DNA of 45,573 nt from Oscillospiraceae bacterium (GTDB lineage Bacteria; Bacillota; Clostridia; Oscillospirales; Oscillospiraceae), in contig JAFUUR010000071.1 of NCBI GenBank assembly GCA_017477695.1, forward strand, positions 1 to 45,573, written 5' to 3'. Below the pieces are notes generated by a model that saw only the letters and a list, made by a program, of their open reading frames with translations, did not search any database and was not told where the DNA came from. The number at the start of each line of letters is the position of its first letter. The first letter of the stretch is position 1. Of this stretch, positions 39,831 to 45,573 are shown piece by piece. The position numbers were made by a program, and so were the translations under genes.

Positions 39831-42800
39831 AGACAAGAGCATCCGGAAGGTCCTGGTCATCGGCTCGGGCCCGATCGTCATCGGGCAGGCGGCGGAGTTC
39901 GACTACGCGGGCGCGCAGGCCTGCCGCGTGCTGCGGCAGGAGGGCGTCGAGACCGTGCTGGTCAATTCCAACCCCGCCACTATCATGACCGACAAGAACC
40001 TGGCAGACGCCATCTACCTCGAGCCGCTCACTGCCGAGACGGTGCGGCGCATCATCGCCAAGGAGCGGCCGGACGGACTGCTGGCCGGCCTCGGCGGGCA
40101 GACGGGCCTGACCATCGCCATGCAGCTCAGCCGCGACGGCACGCTGGAGAAATACGGCGTGCGCCTGCTCGGGTCGGATATCGGCGCGATCGAGAAGGCC
40201 GAGGACCGCGAACTGTTCCGCGACACACTGTGCGCCATGGGGCAGCCGGTCGTCCCCTCGGACACGGCGAACGACCTGGACACGGCGCTCGCCGTCGCCG
40301 CGCGCATCGGCTACCCCGTAATCGTCCGCCCGGCCTTCACGCTCGGCGGCACCGGCGGCGGGATCGCCGAGACGGAGGAGGAGCTGCGCGTCATCGCGAA
40401 GATGGGCCTGGATCTCTCGCCCATCACGCAGATCCTCGTGGAAAGGTGCATCTCCGGCTGGAAGGAGATTGAATTTGAGACCATGCGCGACGGCGCGGGC
40501 AACGTCATCGCCGTCTGCTCCATGGAGAACTTCGACCCCGTTGGCGTGCACACCGGGGACTCGATCGTAGTTGCCCCGGCGCTCACGCTCGCGGACAAGG
40601 AATACCAGATGCTGCGCTCTGCCGCGCTGAATATCATTACCGAGATCGGCATCGTCGGCGGCTGCAACTGCCAGTTCGCCCTCGATCCGGAGAGCTTCGA
40701 GTACGCGGTCATCGAGGTGAACCCCCGCGTGTCGCGCTCCTCTGCGCTGGCCTCCAAAGCCACGGGCTACCCCATCGCCAAGATCAGCACGCGCATCGCC
40801 CTCGGCTACACCCTCGATGAGATCAAAAACGACATCACCGGCAAGACCTGCGCCTGCTTCGAGCCGACGCTGGACTACGTGGTGGTCAAGGTCCCCAAAT
40901 GGCCCTTCGATAAATTCGCCGGCTCCAGCCGGAAGCTCGGCACGCAGATGAAAGCGACGGGCGAGGTCATGGCCATTGCGCCGAGCTTTGAGATGGCGCT
41001 GATGAAGGCCGTACGCGGCGCGGAGATCTCGCTCGACACGCTCAACGCCCCGCCGCTCTCAGCGGCGCCCGTGACCGAGCGCCTGCACGAGCAGAACGAC
41101 AGGCGCCTGTTCACCGTGTTCGAGGCGCTGAAGGCGGGCGTCAGCGTGGAGGAGATCCACGCCACCACGCGCATCGACCCCTGGTTCCTGTATAAGCTCC
41201 AAAGCCTCGCGCAGTTCGAGACCCGCATCGTCCGGGACGGCCTCTCAGAGGCGGACTACCGCCGCGCCAAGAAGCTCGGCTATACGGACGAGGCGCTCTG
41301 CCGCCTTTGCGGCGCGGAGAGCGTGCCCGGCCTGCCCATGTGTTACAAGATGGTGGACACCTGCGGCGCGGAGTTCGACGCCGAGACGCCTTACTTCTAT
41401 TCTTCCTTCGACGAGGAGTGCGAGGCACGCGCTTTCGCGCGCAGCGGCAAGCCCGTCGTCATGGTGCTCGGCTCCGGCCCGATCCGCATCGGTCAGGGCA
41501 TCGAATTCGATTACAGCAGCGTGCACTGCGTGTGGACGCTGCGCGAGATGGGCTACGACGTTGTCATCGTGAACAACAACCCGGAGACCGTCTCCACCGA
41601 CTACGACACCGCGGACCGGCTCTACTTCGAGCCGCTCTGCCGGGAGGACGTCTGGAACATCATCCAGGTGGAGAAGCCCGTCGGCGTGGTGGTGGCCTTC
41701 GGTGGGCAGACGGCCATCAAGCTCACGCAGTTTCTCGACGGGAAGGGCATCCCCATCCTGGGTACCTCCGCCGATAGCATCGACGTCGCCGAGGACCGCG
41801 CCCGCTTCGACGCCCTGCTGGAGACCTTCGGTATCCGCCGCCCGCGCGGGCACGGCGTGAACACCCTCGAGGAGGCACTGCAGGCGGCCGAAGAGCTGGG
41901 CTACCCCGTGCTGCTGCGCCCCTCCTACGTGATCGGCGGGCAGAACATGTGCATCTCCCGCGACGCGGAGACGACGGAGCGCTACATGCGCGGCATCCTC
42001 GCCGGGGGGATCGAGAATCCCGTCCTGGTGGACAAGTACATGCCCGGCACGGAGCTGGAGGTGGACGTGATCTCCGACGGAGAGGACGTGCTGATCCCCG
42101 GCATCATGGAGCACATCGAGCGGGCCGGCGTCCACAGCGGGGACTCCATCGCCGTCTACCCGCCGTATAATCTCAGCGACAAATTCCTGCGCCGCATCTG
42201 CGAGGTGTCGGAGCAGCTCGCGCTGGCCCTGGGAACGAAGGGGCTCGTGAACATCCAGTACCTCATCTACGCGGACGAGCTGTACGTGATCGAGGTCAAC
42301 CCCCGCGCTTCGCGCACCGTGCCCTACATCAGCAAGGTGACGAACGTGCCGATGGTGGATCTCGCCTCGCGGATCATGCTGGGCGCGAAGCTGCGCGAGC
42401 TCGGCTACGGCACGGGCCTGTACCGCACGCCGCCCTACTACGCGGTCAAGGTGCCGGTCTTCTCCTTCGAGAAGCTCTCGGACGCCAACTCCATCCTCGG
42501 CCCGGAGATGAAGTCCACCGGCGAGGTGCTCGGCATCGGCAAGACCCTGGCGGAGGCCATGTTCAAGGGCCTGACCGCCGCGGGCTTCACCGTGCCGAGT
42601 CTGCACGGCAGGACGGACGCGGGCGTCCTCCTCAGCGTGGAGACCGGGGACTACCAGGAGATCATCTCCCTCGCGCGCCGGTTTTACGAGCTGGGTCTGA
42701 AGCTCTACGCCACCAGCGGCACGGCGGGCGCCATCGCCGCGCTGGGGATCCCGGTCGAGGCCGTGGCCAACGCCACCGAGAGCGGGCGCATCCACGAGCT

Positions 42801-43857
42801 GATGGAGCAGGGAGAGCTGTGCTATATCGTCTACACCGGGGCCGTCAAGGACGCCACGATGGGCGATTATATCGCCCTGCACCGCCGGGCAATGCAGCTC
42901 GGCATCCCGTGCCTGACCTCGCTCGATACCGCCAACGCCCTCGCGGACATCATTGCGAGCCGCTTCAACCAGAGCAACACCGAGCTCGTGGACATCAACG
43001 CCATGCGCACGCAGCGGCAGAAGATCCGCTTCACCAAGATGCAGGACTGCGGCAACGACTATATCTTCATCGAGAACTTCGACGGCGGCATTACCTGCCC
43101 GGAGTCCCTGTGCGTCAGCCTCTGCGCGCCGCACTACGGCATCGGCGGGGACGGCATCGTGCTCATTGAGCGCTCCGAGGTCGCGGACGTGCGCATGCGC
43201 AGCTTCAACCGCGACGGCAGCGAGGGGCTCATGGCGGGCAACAACATCCGCTGCGTGGCGAAGTACATGTACGATAACGGCTACGTGCGCGGCGAGAGCC
43301 TGCGGGTAGAGACCCGCAGCGGCGTCAAGAGCCTGCAGCTTTTCTGCCGGGACGGGAAGGTCAGCTCCGTCGCGGTGGACATGGGCAGGGCCGAGCTGGA
43401 CGCGGCGCGCGTGCCGGTGCTGACAGAGCAGCCGCGCATGGTCGACAGTCCCGTCACCATCGGCGGGGAGGACTGGCGCGTTACCTGCGTCTCGGTCGGC
43501 AACCCCCACTGCGTCGTCTTCTGCGACGCCATCGACAGTCTCGACCTCGAGCGCATCGGCCCGGCGTTCGAATATGCGGAGATGTTCCCGGAGCGCGTCA
43601 ACGCGGAGTTCGTACGCGTCGTCAACCGCAACAACCTGCGCATGCGCGTCTGGGAGCGCGGCAGCGGCGAGACGCTGGCCTGCGGCACAGGCGCCTGCGC
43701 CGCGGTGATCGCCGCGGTGGAGAACGGCTGCTGCGACAAGGGCAGCGATGTCAAGGTGACGCTGCTCGGCGGCGAGCTGACCGTGAACTATACATACGAG
43801 CGCGTGCTGCTCACCGGCGGCGCGACCATGGTATACGAGGGGAGCTTCGAATACTGA
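39823..43857 (+). CDS. carB: Carbamoyl-phosphate synthase large subunit fused in frame to a C-terminal DapF-like (diaminopimelate epimerase fold) domain
   Basis: The GTG start at 39823 follows GGGAGGGGA and overlaps carA by 8 nt. Residues 1 to about 1067 form a complete CarB. Residues 1068-1344 (nt 43024-43854) match the DapF fold from IRFTKMQDCGNDY to the C-terminus. There is no stop, SD or linker at the junction. Confidence 0.9.
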   Translation: MPKDKSIRKVLVIGSGPIVIGQAAEFDYAGAQACRVLRQEGVETVLVNSNPATIMTDKNLADAIYLEPLTAETVRRIIAKERPDGLLAGLGGQTGLTIAMQLSRDGTLEKYGVRLLGSDIGAIEKAEDRELFRDTLCAMGQPVVPSDTANDLDTALAVAARIGYPVIVRPAFTLGGTGGGIAETEEELRVIAKMGLDLSPITQILVERCISGWKEIEFETMRDGAGNVIAVCSMENFDPVGVHTGDSIVVAPALTLADKEYQMLRSAALNIITEIGIVGGCNCQFALDPESFEYAVIEVNPRVSRSSALASKATGYPIAKISTRIALGYTLDEIKNDITGKTCACFEPTLDYVVVKVPKWPFDKFAGSSRKLGTQMKATGEVMAIAPSFEMALMKAVRGAEISLDTLNAPPLSAAPVTERLHEQNDRRLFTVFEALKAGVSVEEIHATTRIDPWFLYKLQSLAQFETRIVRDGLSEADYRRAKKLGYTDEALCRLCGAESVPGLPMCYKMVDTCGAEFDAETPYFYSSFDEECEARAFARSGKPVVMVLGSGPIRIGQGIEFDYSSVHCVWTLREMGYDVVIVNNNPETVSTDYDTADRLYFEPLCREDVWNIIQVEKPVGVVVAFGGQTAIKLTQFLDGKGIPILGTSADSIDVAEDRARFDALLETFGIRRPRGHGVNTLEEALQAAEELGYPVLLRPSYVIGGQNMCISRDAETTERYMRGILAGGIENPVLVDKYMPGTELEVDVISDGEDVLIPGIMEHIERAGVHSGDSIAVYPPYNLSDKFLRRICEVSEQLALALGTKGLVNIQYLIYADELYVIEVNPRASRTVPYISKVTNVPMVDLASRIMLGAKLRELGYGTGLYRTPPYYAVKVPVFSFEKLSDANSILGPEMKSTGEVLGIGKTLAEAMFKGLTAAGFTVPSLHGRTDAGVLLSVETGDYQEIISLARRFYELGLKLYATSGTAGAIAALGIPVEAVANATESGRIHELMEQGELCYIVYTGAVKDATMGDYIALHRRAMQLGIPCLTSLDTANALADIIASRFNQSNTELVDINAMRTQRQKIRFTKMQDCGNDYIFIENFDGGITCPESLCVSLCAPHYGIGGDGIVLIERSEVADVRMRSFNRDGSEGLMAGNNIRCVAKYMYDNGYVRGESLRVETRSGVKSLQLFCRDGKVSSVAVDMGRAELDAARVPVLTEQPRMVDSPVTIGGEDWRVTCVSVGNPHCVVFCDAIDSLDLERIGPAFEYAEMFPERVNAEFVRVVNRNNLRMRVWERGSGETLACGTGACAAVIAAVENGCCDKGSDVKVTLLGGELTVNYTYERVLLTGGATMVYEGSFEY

Positions 43858-43867
43858 AAAAGCGTCC

Positions 43868-43903
43868 AAAAAGCCCTGACGGGGCATCCCGTCAGGGCTT
43901 TTT
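43868..43903. terminator. Bidirectional terminator between the arg operon and the convergent isomerase gene
   Basis: AAAAA-GCCCTGACGGG-gcat-CCCGTCAGGGC-TTTTT. Confidence 0.88.
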
Positions 43904-43924
43904 GACGTTTATGATCCGGTGCGT

Positions 43925-44704
43925 TCAGCCCGCGGCCGCGAGGCGCAGCATGCGCAGGGTCTCCGGCGCTTTTTCCGGCTCGTAGGCGTTGGGCTCGACG
44001 CTCAGCGTCCCGTCGTATCCGGCTTCGCGCAGCGCGGTGAGGATCGCCCGGTATTTTTCCAGCTCGTCCATCAGCGGGAAGCTGCGCTCCAGCGCGGGGC
44101 CGCAGGTGCTGATATGCGTGTGCAGCAGCCGCGGCGCGGCAAGCGCGATCCGGTCGAGGCCCTCGCCCATGACCTCCATGTGATAGAAATCCAGCACGAG
44201 GCCCACGTCGTCCAGCCGGGCGGCCTTGAGGTAGATGAGCGCCTCCTCCACGGTGTTGAGGTAGTTGCAGGAGCGGTCGTGCAGGGCCTCGAGCACGAGG
44301 CGGATGCCCTGATGCTCCGCGATCAGCGAGGCGAGGACCAGAAACTCCCGCATCTGGGTGTTGGCCACGGCGCGCGGATAGTCCTCCGGCAGGATCCGTG
44401 CCTTGGGGGCGCCGATGCCGAGCGTCTTCACGCCGAGCCGGCCGGCGCGCCTGCAGAGCGCCAGCAGATAATCGCCCAGTTCCTCGAGAGAGAAGGCGTG
44501 GCCGATGAGCGCGGGCGTGCCGGAGCTGAAGCTGTTGAGCCCCAGACAGGGCAGCCGCGCCGCCTCAGAGGCCTGCACGAGCGCCTCGAATTCCGCCGCA
44601 CTCATGGCCGCGAGCGCCGCGGCGGAGAACTCGAAATAATCGTAACCAGCGTCGCGTACGCGCGCGACGTCTTCCACGTTCTTGATGCAGCATCCGAAAA
44701 GCAT
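43925..44704 (-). CDS. Sugar-phosphate isomerase/epimerase (xylose-isomerase-like TIM barrel)
   Basis: It is 259 aa with TIM-barrel family features (DYFEF..., HTHIST). The RBS is GGGAGGG. Confidence 0.75.
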   Translation of the reverse strand: MLFGCCIKNVEDVARVRDAGYDYFEFSAAALAAMSAAEFEALVQASEAARLPCLGLNSFSSGTPALIGHAFSLEELGDYLLALCRRAGRLGVKTLGIGAPKARILPEDYPRAVANTQMREFLVLASLIAEHQGIRLVLEALHDRSCNYLNTVEEALIYLKAARLDDVGLVLDFYHMEVMGEGLDRIALAAPRLLHTHISTCGPALERSFPLMDELEKYRAILTALREAGYDGTLSVEPNAYEPEKAPETLRMLRLAAAG

Positions 44705-44784
44705 AGCCGCCCTCCCGTCGTTTCATGTGCCTTTAGAGTAAAGCCGCAGCGGAGAAATGTCAACGAAAAAAACGGCCCGCCCCC

Positions 44785-44813
44785 TTGGAAGACGGCGGCG
44801 GAGATGCTATACT
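44785..44813 (+). promoter_or_regulatory. Possible promoter of the kinase gene
   Basis: TTGGAA, a 17-nt spacer, then TATACT. Confidence 0.4.
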
Positions 44814-44851
44814 GGGAAAAAACGGAGCGCCCCGTGGGGCAAGGAGGACGT

Positions 44852-45573
44852 ATGATCCATATCGGTTGTATCGCGGACGATTTCACCGGCGCGGGAGACG
44901 CGGCGTCTTTTATCCGCAAGGGCGGTCTGAAGACCGTGTATATCAACGGCGACAGGCTTGCCGGCTACGTGCCCGCCGCGGACGTGGAGGCGATCGTCAT
45001 CGCGCTCAAGTGCCGCTCCATCCCGCCGGAGGAGGCGGTCGCCCAGACGGGCGCGGCCTGCCGCTGGCTGCTGGAGCGCGGAGCGCGGCATATCTATTAC
45101 AAATACTGCTCCACCTTCGACTCGACCGCGCGCGGCAACATCGGCCCCGTGACGGACGCGCTGATGGAGCAGTGCGGCACGGACCGCACGCTGCTCTGCC
45201 CGGCGCTGCCGGTCAACGGACGGACGGTGTGCGGCGGGGTGCTGTTCGTAAACGGCGTGCGCCTTGCCGACAGCCCCATGCGCCTGCACCCGCTCAATCC
45301 CATGACCGAGTCGGAGATCCCGAAGCTCATGGCGATGCAGAGACGTTATCCATGCTTTGCCGTGACGCTGGCGGAGCTGCGCGGCGACGAGACCGCGCTG
45401 CGGGCGCGGATCGACGCGCAGATCGCCGCTTCGGGCCGCTGCACCTTTTCGGTGGATTACTGCGAGGATGCCGACGGCGAGCAGATCGCCGCGCGCTTCG
45501 GCGCGCTGCCGCTGCTCACGGGGGGCTCCGGCCTGCTGGAGCATCTGGCGCGGCGCTATAAGGGGGCGGCCGC
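44852..45573 (+). CDS. Four-carbon acid-sugar kinase family protein (DUF1537 / OtnK-DtnK-like), partial; continues beyond the window
   Basis: It is not in the ORF track because it has no stop in the window. AAGGAGGacgt-ATG is the start context. My translation is MIHIGCIADDFTGAGDAASFIRKGG...YYKYCSTFDST...LPVNGRTV, the hallmark N-terminal domain of this kinase family. The listed frame-1 ORF at 44785-45561 is Arg/Ala-rich shadow sequence. Confidence 0.8.
   Translation, partial: MIHIGCIADDFTGAGDAASFIRKGGLKTVYINGDRLAGYVPAADVEAIVIALKCRSIPPEEAVAQTGAACRWLLERGARHIYYKYCSTFDSTARGNIGPVTDALMEQCGTDRTLLCPALPVNGRTVCGGVLFVNGVRLADSPMRLHPLNPMTESEIPKLMAMQRRYPCFAVTLAELRGDETALRARIDAQIAASGRCTFSVDYCEDADGEQIAARFGALPLLTGGSGLLEHLARRYKGAA

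Noticed and set aside
43003-43005. An independent dapF gene starting at the in-frame ATG (MRTQRQKIRFTKMQ...) rather than a fusion.
   Set aside because: There is no stop codon upstream in frame and no SD-like sequence before this ATG. The residues around it still resemble a CarB C-terminus. Internal initiation cannot be excluded experimentally, but the sequence supports a fusion.

Overview
High-GC chromosomal window, about 67-68% GC in two 60-nt stretches I hand-counted. GGAGG-type ribosome-binding sites and the gene content suggest a Firmicutes/Clostridia-like organism. I support about 36 protein-coding genes. I found no rRNA, tRNA, CRISPR array, transposase or integrase. Left third (1-13.4 kb): the tail of a Na+-decarboxylase-type cluster (carboxyltransferase plus an OadG-like subunit), cell-wall genes (a 4xSH3b-NlpC/P60 endopeptidase and a class A PBP), small proteins including DUF1292, a convergent intergenic region with a rod-like structured RNA candidate, a lipoprotein, LysR, a MATE efflux pump, gdhA and an aldose 1-epimerase. 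Centre (13.4-24.5 kb, all minus strand): glyQS, then four tandem LtaS/sulfatase-family membrane enzymes, then nadE. Next (24.7-30.7 kb): a polysaccharide deacetylase, coaX, a LysM protein, a PrsW-family protease, and a convergent ECF sigma with a membrane partner. Right third (30.9-43.9 kb): one tightly packed arginine operon, argG-argH-argC-argJ-argB-argD-argF-carA-carB. Its last ORF is CarB fused in frame to a DapF-like domain that lacks the first catalytic cysteine; this is my top finding. The window ends with a TIM-barrel isomerase and a partial four-carbon acid-sugar kinase that the ORF track missed. Many long ORFs in the track are antisense shadow ORFs typical of high-GC DNA, and I rejected them.
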